This document shows, in pieces, positions 19,136-28,327 of a DNA stretch of 64,000 nucleotides; within the stretch, counting starts at the first letter, position 1, and every line of letters begins with the position of its first letter. Below the pieces are notes generated by a model. That model saw only the letters and a program-made list of their open reading frames with translations. It was not told where the DNA came from and did no database searches. The position numbers and the translations under genes are program-made. The stretch is from an uncultured Gemmatimonadales bacterium (GTDB lineage: Bacteria; Gemmatimonadota; Gemmatimonadetes; Gemmatimonadales; GWC2-71-9), in contig CAWCFX010000004.1 of the NCBI GenBank assembly GCA_963795085.1, positions 96,001 to 160,000 of the forward strand. The letters run 5' to 3'.

Positions 19136-20467
19136 TCAGTCCATCGCCTTCAGGGTTTGCGAGAACAGGGCGATCATTTCGTCAATCTGGTCTTCGGTCA
19201 CGATGAATGGAGGCGCCAGCATGACCAGGTCGCCGTTGGTGCCGTCGGCCTGCCCGACATTGGCCCAGACGATCAGGCCGTTCGCCCGGGCGGCGTCGGT
19301 GAAGCGCTCGGCGAATTTCCGGGCCCGCGGCATCGGAGCCTTGGTCGCCTTGTCGGCCACGAACTCGATCCCGGCCAGCAGGCCCCGGCCCCGGACGTCT
19401 CCCACCAGGGGCAAGTCCAGCAGGGCGCGCAATCGCTCATGAAACACCGGCCCGATGACGGCGCAGCGCTCGATCAGTCTGTGCTTCTCCAGGTACTGAA
19501 TGGACGCCAGCCCGGCCGCACACAGCACCGGGTTGTGGGAGAATGTCTGTGCGTGCATGAAGTCGCCGGACCCCGCAACCAGAGCATCCAGGATCCTGCG
19601 GCCGGTCACGATCGCCGACAGCGGAGCGTAGCCGCCGCTGAGCCCCTTGCCCAGGATCAGGATGTCGGGGGTGACGCCGAACTGCTCGATGGCCGTGTAG
19701 GTCCCGGTCCGGCCGGCTCCGACCAGCACCTCATCCGCGATGAACAGGACATTGTGCCGGTCGCAGATGGCCCGGATCTCCTTGAAATACCCCGGCGGCG
19801 GCACCGAGGCACCGGTCGAGGATCCCCCAATCGGCTCGGCGATGAACGCCGCGATGTTCATCGCGCCCTGCTGCAGGATCATGGTCTCCAGCGCCTCGCC
19901 GGTGCAGCCCAGGCATTCCGGCTCGCCGCCGCCGCACTTGCATCGGTACGGATAGGGCGCGGGAATTCGGACGACGTCCACCATCCACTGCCAGTACATC
20001 AGCTTGTAATGCTCCCGGGCCGAAGCGGAGAGGGCCAGCAGGGTGTTGCCATGGTAGGATGGCTGCAGGGCGATGATCTTGTGCTTCGACGGCTGCCCTG
20101 CTTCCACCCAGTACTGCCGGGCCAGCTTGAGCGCCGCCTCCACCGCCTCCGACCCGCTGCTCAGGAAATAGGAATACTCCAGGCCGGGACCGCACCGGCG
20201 GGCCAGTTCCGTGCTCAGGTCCTCCACGGCCTGGTGGGTGAAAGCGGTTCCATTGATGTAGCCGACCCGGCCGGCCTGCGCCGCCATGGCCGCGCCGATC
20301 TCCATGACCCCATGCCCCAGGTTGGCCACGAATGCCCCCCCGGAACCGTCCAGGTACCGCTTTCCGGTCTCGTCGTACAGGCAGCACCCTTCCCCCCGCA
20401 CGATGAGCGGGTGATCCCGCTGAAGGCGGCGGTAGAAAACGCTGGAATTTGGATAGGCGTGTTTCAT
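19136..20467 (-). CDS. Class III PLP aminotransferase (BioA/beta-amino acid-like)
   Basis: YLDGSGGA, SSGSEAVEAALK, SYHGNT, AEPIGG, ADEV..G.GRTG, LGKGLSGGY; Cys-rich loop YRCKC...ECLGC. Confidence 0.88.
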   Translation of the reverse strand: MKHAYPNSSVFYRRLQRDHPLIVRGEGCCLYDETGKRYLDGSGGAFVANLGHGVMEIGAAMAAQAGRVGYINGTAFTHQAVEDLSTELARRCGPGLEYSYFLSSGSEAVEAALKLARQYWVEAGQPSKHKIIALQPSYHGNTLLALSASAREHYKLMYWQWMVDVVRIPAPYPYRCKCGGGEPECLGCTGEALETMILQQGAMNIAAFIAEPIGGSSTGASVPPPGYFKEIRAICDRHNVLFIADEVLVGAGRTGTYTAIEQFGVTPDILILGKGLSGGYAPLSAIVTGRRILDALVAGSGDFMHAQTFSHNPVLCAAGLASIQYLEKHRLIERCAVIGPVFHERLRALLDLPLVGDVRGRGLLAGIEFVADKATKAPMPRARKFAERFTDAARANGLIVWANVGQADGTNGDLVMLAPPFIVTEDQIDEMIALFSQTLKAMD

Positions 20468-20534
20468 ATGCTTATTCTTGAGAGACTCTGGACCCGGTTC
20501 GTATTCTAACACCCCTCGCCCTCATCGTCCCGCC

Positions 20535-21782
20535 ATGCGATTTCTCCTGCTCCTGGTGCTCGCGTCTCTCCCCCTCCGGCCGGCGGCGGCTCAGACCCCG
20601 GAACGCGCCCGGGACCTGGGTGTCCCCCTCGATGGCGTTCCCGGCCGCCTCAACGCCATCACCGACGTGCCCGGCGTTCGGGTCGGCCACACCACCATCA
20701 TCCGGGGCAGCGGGGACCTGGTGCCCGGGCAGGGGCCGGTGCGCACCGGGGTCACCGCGGTGTTCCCGACCGGGGACTCCATCCTCCGGCCAGTCTTTGC
20801 GGGGTGGTTCAGCCTCAACGGCAACGGGGAGATGACCGGGACCACCTGGATCGAAGAATACGGAGAACTCCTCTACCCGGTCCTGATCACCAACACCAAC
20901 AGCGTCGGGGTCGCCCGCGACGCGGTCATCGAGTGGGGCCGCGAACGGCTTGCCCCCGACGCCTGGAACTGCTGTCTCCCGGTGGCCGCGGAGACCTGGG
21001 ACGGCGACCTGAACGATATCTTCGGCTTTCATGTCACCCGCGACGATGTATTCAACGCGCTGAACACCGCCCGCGCCGGGCCGGTCGCGGAGGGCAACGT
21101 CGGAGGCGGGACGGGCATGCAGTGTCTCGGGTTCAAGGGAGGCATCGGCACGGCGTCGCGGCGGGTGGGAATCGCCAGCGACACTTTTACGGTTGGTGTC
21201 CTGGTCCAGTGCAACTTCGGCAGCCGGAACCAGCTTCGAGTCGCCGGCATTCCAGTCGGCCGGGAAATCACGGCGCCTCCCGACTGCTACGACTCAGACA
21301 GCCCCCTCGACTCTGACCGGGCGGCGCAGCGCTGCCCGCGCGAGCAGGGCCGGGCGCCCGCCCCGCGTGAGCCCGATGGGTACCTGCCAGCCAGCTACGA
21401 GGATGACCACGGCTCCATCATCGTGGTGATTGCCACCGATGCTCCCCTGCTTCCCCACCAGCTCAAGCGCATCGCCAAACGCGCCTCGCTCGGCGTCGCC
21501 CGCGCCGGCGGCGTCGCCGGCAGCGGGTCAGGGGACATATTCCTCGCCTTTTCCACCGTCCCCGCCGAGTCCTCCGATTCGAGCATCCTGACCCAGCGCA
21601 TGGTGCACGACCGCCGCATCAATACCCTGTACGAAGCCACCGTTCAGGCCACCGAAGAGTCAATTCTCAACGCCATGCTCGCCGCCCGCACCATGACGGG
21701 CGCCAACTACTACCGCGTTACCGCCTTGCCGCACGAGGAGTTGCGGTCGGTGCTGGCGCGCTACAACCGGCTCACCCGTTGA
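20535..21782 (+). CDS. DmpA/P1-family (S58) aminopeptidase, secreted
   Basis: Signal peptide; RARDLG, NAITDVPGVRVGH, NGNGEMTG, ETWDG.LND, GNVGGGTGM, G|SIIVV autoprocessing site, GSGDIFLAFST. Confidence 0.9.
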   Translation: MRFLLLLVLASLPLRPAAAQTPERARDLGVPLDGVPGRLNAITDVPGVRVGHTTIIRGSGDLVPGQGPVRTGVTAVFPTGDSILRPVFAGWFSLNGNGEMTGTTWIEEYGELLYPVLITNTNSVGVARDAVIEWGRERLAPDAWNCCLPVAAETWDGDLNDIFGFHVTRDDVFNALNTARAGPVAEGNVGGGTGMQCLGFKGGIGTASRRVGIASDTFTVGVLVQCNFGSRNQLRVAGIPVGREITAPPDCYDSDSPLDSDRAAQRCPREQGRAPAPREPDGYLPASYEDDHGSIIVVIATDAPLLPHQLKRIAKRASLGVARAGGVAGSGSGDIFLAFSTVPAESSDSSILTQRMVHDRRINTLYEATVQATEESILNAMLAARTMTGANYYRVTALPHEELRSVLARYNRLTR

Positions 21783-21897
21783 TTGCCTGGCCATGCCTGG
21801 CTCAAGATGATCTCGACCTTCGCCAGCCCGGACCCGGCCCTGCCGAAGATCGGGATGCCGTTCGGCATCCGACCTACCCCCGGAAATGAATGGCGCG

Positions 21898-23027
21898 CTA
21901 CAGGCCGGATCCTTCAATAGCTTCGAGAAACGAGCGGTCCCACGCCGCGGGCACGCTCTCCCGGGGAGAGTAGGGTCCCGGCTCGTAGGCCAGCGAAGAG
22001 ATTCCCGCGAAGCTCAATTCGGTGATATGCCAGTCCTGGCGATTGGTCGTGTCCCAGAACTCCACGGCATCGTCCGGGTGGAAGTCCGGCCGCGCGAACG
22101 CGTCGGGGTGGAACAGCCACTCGCACACCACCCGGGTGCGCCCCGCGGACTGAGGCCAGAGCGTGTAGTACACCACGTAGTCGGGGTGGATGCTCAACAT
22201 CAGGTTCGGAAAGATGGTGTAGTAGTACGCCCGCTGCAGATCCTCGCCCGACAGGTCACCCAGCGGCAGGCCGCAGGCACGGCCGCTCATGGTCATGCTG
22301 CGGTTGGGCGCCGAGATAACCATGTAGCCGCCGAGCACATGCCCCTCGGTCAGGTCGTTGGCGCCGCTGGTGTACGGCATCAGGCTGGAAAGCTCCGGGT
22401 GGATCACCGGGCAGTGCAGGCATTCCGAATAGTTCTGAAAAACCAGTTTCCAGTTGGAGTTGACGTCGTACTCGATCCGCCGGCCGGCCTTGAGCCGGGG
22501 CAGCGCAAAACGGCTGAACCGTCCAACCAGCGGCGCCAGCGCGACCTCGAACGGTTCAGGCTCGGCCCCCAGGTGGAGGAAGATGAAGCCCTCCCACTCG
22601 TGTACCGCGACCGGCTTGAGCGGGTAATCGGCCTTGGCGAAATCCACCGCTTCCTGCATGTGCGGCGCCCCGACCAGCCGGCCATCGGTCGCATAGGTCC
22701 AGGCGTGGTAGGGACACTGGATGGTCTCGCCGAAGCGGCCCTGCGCGGATTCGCAGATCCGGGTGCCACGGTGCCGGCACGTATTGTAAAAGGCGCGCAC
22801 CTGTCCGCCCTTGCGGTCGCGGAGAACAATGATGCTCTCCTTGCCGATGGCCTGCAGGAAATATTCTCCCGGCTCCGGATGGCGGCGGACCGGCCCACGC
22901 AGAACCAGTGCCTGGTCAGCAGGTACTCCTGCTCCCGCACGAAGACATCCGGCGAGGTGTAGTAATGCCCCGGCATGGTTCGGGCACCCGGCTGGAACGA
23001 CTTCACGGTGGAGACGAACGATCCCAT
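21898..23027 (-). pseudogene. Rieske non-heme iron oxygenase alpha subunit (choline monooxygenase/GbcA-like), split by a 1-nt frameshift near 22877
   Basis: N-terminus (YYTSPDVF..E...HWFCVGRS) lies in one frame; PEPGEYF, CRHRG, CPYHAW, NWKL..NYSECLHC..IHP, QD lie in another. Confidence 0.8.
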
Positions 23028-23044
23028 GGTATGGTTCTCCTCGG

Positions 23045-24634
23045 TCATGAATCCTTGAGCATCGCTTTCGCGGCCAGCCGGCCCGCACCACCGACGATCC
23101 CGCCGCCAGGATGGGTACCGGATCCACCCAGGTAGAGCCGGCGCACCGGGGTCCGGTGATGGCCCCACCCCGGGACCGGCCGCATGAAGAGGATCTGGTC
23201 CAGTCCCATCTCGCCGTGGTACAGGCTGCCTTCGGTAACCGAATAACGCTCCGCCAGGTCCGCGGGCGTCAGCACCTGCCTGGCCAGGACGGCGCCTTTC
23301 AGGTTCGGAGCCCGCTCGGCGAGGGATGCCACGACCAGGTCACCCAGCGACTCCCGGGCGGCGGCGTCCCAGCCATCCTTCCTGCGGTAGGGAGCATACT
23401 GCATCCAGACCGACATGACGTGCCGGCCCGCTGGAGCCAGCGACGGATCGGCCAGCGACGGAATGACCGCCTCGATGTACGGCCGTCGGGAGGTGCGGCC
23501 ATGCTTGGCGTCGTCATAGGCCTGCTCGAGATAGTCCAGGCTCGGACTCAGCGAAATGACGCCGTGCAGAGCGTCCTCGCCCGAGACTCCAGTGAAATGC
23601 GGTAGTTCACCCAGAGCGAGATTCACCTTGGCCGCGACGCCCCGGTAGCGGATGTTGGCGAGGGCCCGCAGGTATTCGGGGGCCAGGTTAGCCGGGTCCA
23701 CCATGGCCAGCATGGTCTGCCGCGGGTCCACCGTGGAGACAACCTGGCGCGCCGCGATATCGTCGCCGCCCTGGAGGACAACCCCCGTGACCCCACCGCC
23801 GTCGGTGCGCACCCGCTCGACCCGGGCTCCGGTCCGTACCTCGACACCCAGGTGAACGGCCGCCTCGCGCAGCAAGGCACTCATCGTGCCCGCACCGCCT
23901 CGGCGAAGGGAGCCGCCGCGAAAGACGCCGGCCGGGTTGCCTACCCGGTGATGCAGCATGACGAATGCGGTGCCCGCGGAGCGGGGACCCTGCAGAATCC
24001 CGGTGATCCCCGCGGCGCCCAGGGCGCCTTTCAACCCGTCATACTCGAACCAGTCGTCCAGCAGCTCCGCCACCGACATGGGAAGGACCCGGAGGAACTC
24101 GACCATGTCCTCCTTGCCCATGCCCCGGACCCGGCGTCCCAAGCCAAGCAACTGCCAGAGGTCGGCGGGCCGGGAGCTGGTCAACTGGGGCGGCGTCAGG
24201 CCATAGGCATACTGCAGGAAGCCGGTCAGCTTCTGAGCCAGGCGGCAGAAGTCTGCCCACTTCCCGGCATCGGCGGAGGAATGGCGGCGCAGCTCGGCCG
24301 CGGTCGGGTCGATTCCGCGGCGAAGCAACAGGGCCCCATCGTCGGTAAGCGCGAGGCAGGAAACGTCGGGCTCCAGCAGAGACTGCTGCCCGGTGCCAAG
24401 CGACAGGTCCTCCGCGAGAGCCGGGTCGAGCCAGCCAGACTGATGCAGGGCGGTATCCACCCGGAACCCGGGGTGGAACTCCTCGGTGGCGTGTACTCCG
24501 CCCACCTCCGGGCGAGCCTCGACCACCAGCACCCGTTTCCCGGCCCGGGCCAGGTAAGACGCCGCCACCAGGCCGTTGTGCCCGGCTCCGATCACGACGA
24601 CGTCGTAGGATGAACTTGTCATGCGATCAGACAC
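23045..24634 (-). CDS. COG1233 phytoene-dehydrogenase-like FAD oxidoreductase
   Basis: IGAGHNGLVAA, PRSAGTAFVMLHH, AYDDAK.G, TPADL, THPGGGI.G. Confidence 0.85.
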   Translation of the reverse strand: MSDRMTSSSYDVVVIGAGHNGLVAASYLARAGKRVLVVEARPEVGGVHATEEFHPGFRVDTALHQSGWLDPALAEDLSLGTGQQSLLEPDVSCLALTDDGALLLRRGIDPTAAELRRHSSADAGKWADFCRLAQKLTGFLQYAYGLTPPQLTSSRPADLWQLLGLGRRVRGMGKEDMVEFLRVLPMSVAELLDDWFEYDGLKGALGAAGITGILQGPRSAGTAFVMLHHRVGNPAGVFRGGSLRRGGAGTMSALLREAAVHLGVEVRTGARVERVRTDGGGVTGVVLQGGDDIAARQVVSTVDPRQTMLAMVDPANLAPEYLRALANIRYRGVAAKVNLALGELPHFTGVSGEDALHGVISLSPSLDYLEQAYDDAKHGRTSRRPYIEAVIPSLADPSLAPAGRHVMSVWMQYAPYRRKDGWDAAARESLGDLVVASLAERAPNLKGAVLARQVLTPADLAERYSVTEGSLYHGEMGLDQILFMRPVPGWGHHRTPVRRLYLGGSGTHPGGGIVGGAGRLAAKAMLKDS

Positions 24635-24657
24635 CCCGGTGAGGACGATTCACACGC

Positions 24658-24698
24658 CACTCGGCACTCGGCACTCTGCACTCTCCCCTCTCCCCCTC
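24658..24698. repeat. Short heptamer tandem repeat between the two flavoprotein genes
   Basis: CACTCGG CACTCGG CACTCTG CACTCTC, degenerating into CCCTCTC. Confidence 0.6.
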
Positions 24699-26277
24699 AC
24701 CGCTTCAGAATCTCCATCGCCGCCAGCCGCCCCGAGGCTCCCATGATCCCGCCGCCGGGATGGGTCCCTGCGCCACACTGGTAGTAGTTACGGATCGGCG
24801 TGGTGTAGCGAGACCAGGCTGGGGCGGGCCGCAGAAAGAAGAGCTGGTGCAGCGCCAGCTCACCCTGAAAAATGTTCCCCTCGCTCAAGCCCGTGATGTC
24901 CTCGATGTCTCGCGGCGTTATGACCTGGCGATGCCGGATGATCGACTTGATGTTGGGGGCGTGCTCGGCGAGCGTGTCGATGACGGCGTCGCCGAACGCT
25001 TCTCGCTTCTGGTCGGTCCAGCCGCCGTTGAGGTGGTAAGGCGCGTACTGGACAAAAATGGACATCACGTGCTTGCCTGGCGGCGCCATCCCCGGATCGA
25101 TCATCGATGGGATGATGATGTCCATGTAGGGCTGGCGGGAGAACTCGCCGTACTTCGCGTCGTCGTAGGCCCGCTCGATGTAATCGATGCTGGGGCTGAT
25201 CGAAATTGCCCCCCGAAGATGGGGGCCGTCGCCGGGCATGCAGGTGAAATCTGGCAGGGCATCCAGCGCCAGGTTCACCTTGCCGGAGGACCCCCGGAAC
25301 TTGAAACGCCGGATCGCCTCGACCAGGTCGTCGGGCAGCTGTTTCGGATCCACCATCCGGGTAAACGTCTGCCGGGGGTCCAGCCCGGATACCACCGTTC
25401 TGGCCCGGATCTCGTCGCCGTTCTCAAGTGCCACCCCGATGGCCTTCCCCCCCCGCACGATGACCTGCGCCACCGGTGCGTTCACCCGTATTTCAGCCCC
25501 GAAACCCCGGGCGGCCGACGCGATCGACTCGCTGATCGCGCCCGTACCGCCCTTGGCGAAGCCCCAGGCCCGGAAGGCCCCGTCGATCTCGCCCATGTAG
25601 TGATGCAGGAGCACGTAGGCCGTACCCGGCGACCGCGGCCCCAGGAACGTCCCGATGATACCGCTGGCTGACTTGGTGGCTTTGAGCGGTTCGCATTCGA
25701 ACCATTCGTCGAGAAAGTCCGAGGCGCTCATCGTCATCAGCTTGTAGAGCGCGTGGAAATGCTCTTCCCCCAGCGAGGAGAAGTGCCGACCCAGCTTGCC
25801 CAGCGACACCAGCTCCCGGGGATCCAGACTCGTCGGATCGGGGGGCGCCATGCCGAGGATCGGACGTACCGCCATCGCCATATGGTGCATCAGCCGGCCG
25901 AACTCGTCGTAGGCCTCGGCGTCACGGGGCGAGTGCCGAACCAGCTCTCGCCGGGTGAGATCGTGGTCGGCCCAGGAGGCCAGGTAATCGCCGTTGGGCA
26001 GGGGGGTCAGGGTGCTTTCCAGCGGAAGGACCTGCAGCCCGTGGGCCGGCAGATCCAGATCACGGATGATCTCCGGCCGCAGCAGGCTCACCACGTAGGA
26101 AAACACCGAAAACTTGTAGCCCGGGAAAATCTCCTCCGTCACCGCCGCGCCACCAACCAGGTGCCGGCGTTCCAGTACCAGCACCCGCTGCCCGGCGCGC
26201 GCCAGGTAGGCCGCGGTGACCAGGCCGTTATGGCCGCCCCCGATGATGACCGCATCGTACTGATTGGTGGAGGTCAT
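24697..26277 (-). CDS. COG1233 phytoene-dehydrogenase-like FAD oxidoreductase (PYROXD2-like)
   Basis: IGGGHNGLV, GGAAVTEE, SYVVSLLRP, PGTAYVLLHH.MG, GNIFQGE, THPGGG.MGA.G; ATGA overlap with the upstream gene's stop. Confidence 0.88.
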   Translation of the reverse strand: MTSTNQYDAVIIGGGHNGLVTAAYLARAGQRVLVLERRHLVGGAAVTEEIFPGYKFSVFSYVVSLLRPEIIRDLDLPAHGLQVLPLESTLTPLPNGDYLASWADHDLTRRELVRHSPRDAEAYDEFGRLMHHMAMAVRPILGMAPPDPTSLDPRELVSLGKLGRHFSSLGEEHFHALYKLMTMSASDFLDEWFECEPLKATKSASGIIGTFLGPRSPGTAYVLLHHYMGEIDGAFRAWGFAKGGTGAISESIASAARGFGAEIRVNAPVAQVIVRGGKAIGVALENGDEIRARTVVSGLDPRQTFTRMVDPKQLPDDLVEAIRRFKFRGSSGKVNLALDALPDFTCMPGDGPHLRGAISISPSIDYIERAYDDAKYGEFSRQPYMDIIIPSMIDPGMAPPGKHVMSIFVQYAPYHLNGGWTDQKREAFGDAVIDTLAEHAPNIKSIIRHRQVITPRDIEDITGLSEGNIFQGELALHQLFFLRPAPAWSRYTTPIRNYYQCGAGTHPGGGIMGASGRLAAMEILKR

Positions 26278-27464
26278 CCCTGGGCTCGTTTCCGGGGGGG
26301 GTCGAAAAACGGGGTCTTCACCACTGTCGCGTCCGCCAGTTTCCTGCGATGCTCGACCGTGACCTCCATCTGCACCGGGGTGCCGGCCCCGCCAAACGCC
26401 GATTCCACGTGGGCCAGCGCGATGTAGCGCTTGAGAATCGGGGACCAGCAACCTGACGACGCGTAGCCGACCTGTACCCCACCCGAATAGAGAGGGACGC
26501 TGGTCCGCCAGGCCACCGTCGGGAGCTTCGGCGGCAAACCCCGCTCGGCGTACAGGCGCTCCAGCGATTCCCAGTTGACGTCAATGCCCACGAACTGCCA
26601 TGCCGGGCCCCGGGCGCTTTCCGCCCGGAGCGCCTGCTGCCCGACGAACGGCGCCTTGTCGAGCTTCACGGTCCATCCCAGGTTCAGTTCGAACGGAGTC
26701 GACTTCTGGTCCTCGATCAGGGCATGACGCGCGGAGACGTAGTCCACCTCGATCATCAGGAGGCCGGCTTCGATCCGCGCCACATCGAGGCCAAGGATGC
26801 CGGACGGCACGATTCCGTACCGGCCGCCGACCTTCATCAGGGAGTCCCACAACGCCGCCCCCAGGGGGGCGTCCACCCAGATCTCGAAACCCAGGTCTCC
26901 AGTGTAGCCGGTGCGGGACACGGTGACCGGGATATCGCGAATCACCCCCCGGGTCAGCCGAAAGTACTTGAGCTGCGAGACGTCCACGCCCGCCGCCAGC
27001 AGAATGTCGCGCGACAGCGGCCCCTGCAGGCTGAGGGCGCCTACCCGGTCCGAGATATCGGTGATTGCCACGTCGAGGCCCACCGCGTTCTGGTGGAGCC
27101 AGCGCAGGTTGGGATCCGCCGATGTCAGTCGGAACACCTGCTCATCCAGCCGGCTCACCGTGCCGTCGTCGATGACCTTGCCATGGCTGTCGCACCAGGG
27201 CGAGTACGCCACCTGGTTGATCCGGAGCTTGGTCACGTCACGGGGCAGCGTCCGGTCCAGCAGGCGCTCAGCGTCCCGGCCTTCGATCAGGTACTTGTAA
27301 AGCGGCGACACGTCGATGAGGGCGGCCGAGTTCCGGATGGCCGCGTACTCCCGGTCGTGCAGGAGATCGTAGGAGCTGGCCACCACGTGGCCGGCCCAGC
27401 GGCGCCAGTTCTGCCCTTCCATCAGCGGGGCAGTGCGAGAATGGAACGGCGTGGTCTTGAGCAT
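26274..27464 (-). CDS. GcvT-family aminomethyltransferase / THF-dependent demethylase-like protein
   Basis: TPFH, EY.AIRN.AALIDVSPL.K, GKVIDDG, LQGP.SR, SRTGYTGDLGFEIW, RIEAG, PFFDP. Confidence 0.88.
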   Translation of the reverse strand: MLKTTPFHSRTAPLMEGQNWRRWAGHVVASSYDLLHDREYAAIRNSAALIDVSPLYKYLIEGRDAERLLDRTLPRDVTKLRINQVAYSPWCDSHGKVIDDGTVSRLDEQVFRLTSADPNLRWLHQNAVGLDVAITDISDRVGALSLQGPLSRDILLAAGVDVSQLKYFRLTRGVIRDIPVTVSRTGYTGDLGFEIWVDAPLGAALWDSLMKVGGRYGIVPSGILGLDVARIEAGLLMIEVDYVSARHALIEDQKSTPFELNLGWTVKLDKAPFVGQQALRAESARGPAWQFVGIDVNWESLERLYAERGLPPKLPTVAWRTSVPLYSGGVQVGYASSGCWSPILKRYIALAHVESAFGGAGTPVQMEVTVEHRRKLADATVVKTPFFDPPRKRAQG

Positions 27465-28258
27465 CAGCCTCTCGTGGATATCGCGGTGTCGTAGCCCAGC
27501 TGCCGTGAGATGGCCTCGCCAGCCTGTCGAAGGGAAGCCACCAGCAACCCGATCCGTTCCGGCGGGATCCGGACACTGGGCCCCCCGAGGCTGATCGCGG
27601 CTACCACTTCGCCATCGTGGTTGCGTACCGGCACCCCGATCGCCGTGTAGCCGTCCTCCAGTTCACCGACCGCGGTGGCGTAGCCCTGCTCCCGCACTTT
27701 CTTGAGCTCCTGACGGAGCGCAGTGATGCCGATAATCGTCCGCCGCGCCGGGCGGGCCAGCGGCAGCCGCAAACGCCCGCTTCGCTCGGATTCCGGGAGA
27801 GAAGCAAGCAGCACCTTCCCGGTGGACGTCGCATGGGCGGGCCAGCGAGTCCCGACCGACGGACTCGCGTGCAGCCACTTTCGGCTGTGGACTTCCTCGA
27901 CGATCAAAACATCGGCGTCCACCAGGACTTCGAGGGTGGCCGTCTCGGCCGACAAGCTCGCGAGTTGCGCCAGCGTATCCCGGCTGACCCGCCGCAAGTC
28001 ATTGGCGCGAAGCGCCCGCCCCCCGATCGAGATGGCCTCGGGTCCCAGCCGGTAGGCCTCGGTCTCCGGGTTGCGGGCAACCAGGCCTTCGTGGGCCAGC
28101 GCGGTCAGCAGGCGATAGGCCGTGGTCTTGTTCAGTCCCGACGCCCGGGCCATCTCGGTGAGTCCCCACTCCGGCTTCGCGTCGGTGAAGATCTTGAGAA
28201 GGGACAGCGCGCGGCGGACCGCCTGGGTCCCCGAATATGCATCGGGAGGTGGATTCAT
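27464..28258 (-). CDS. IclR-family transcriptional regulator
   Basis: QAVRRAL..L, GLNKTTAYRLL, HATSTGKVLLA, GYA...E, AAISLGGP. Confidence 0.9.
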   Translation of the reverse strand: MNPPPDAYSGTQAVRRALSLLKIFTDAKPEWGLTEMARASGLNKTTAYRLLTALAHEGLVARNPETEAYRLGPEAISIGGRALRANDLRRVSRDTLAQLASLSAETATLEVLVDADVLIVEEVHSRKWLHASPSVGTRWPAHATSTGKVLLASLPESERSGRLRLPLARPARRTIIGITALRQELKKVREQGYATAVGELEDGYTAIGVPVRNHDGEVVAAISLGGPSVRIPPERIGLLVASLRQAGEAISRQLGYDTAISTRG

Positions 28259-28267
28259 GAAATGCCA

Positions 28268-28312
28268 GTTCAGTATATGAACCACGTTACCGGGCAACGG
28301 CCTTCCTGTCAA
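28268..28312 (-). promoter_or_regulatory. sigma70 promoter and palindromic operator for the iclR operon
   Basis: Minus strand TTGACA (28312-07), 17 nt, TAACGT (28289-84); palindrome GTTCA-N5-TGAAC at 28268-82 over the expected start site. Confidence 0.75.
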
Positions 28313-28327
28313 CGGTGACGGGAGAAG

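Noticed and set aside
23045..26277. Carotenoid biosynthesis (crtI) call for the two flavoproteins
   Set aside because: No crtB/crtE nearby; GHNGL and THPGGG motifs and the context fit the non-carotenoid COG1233 branch
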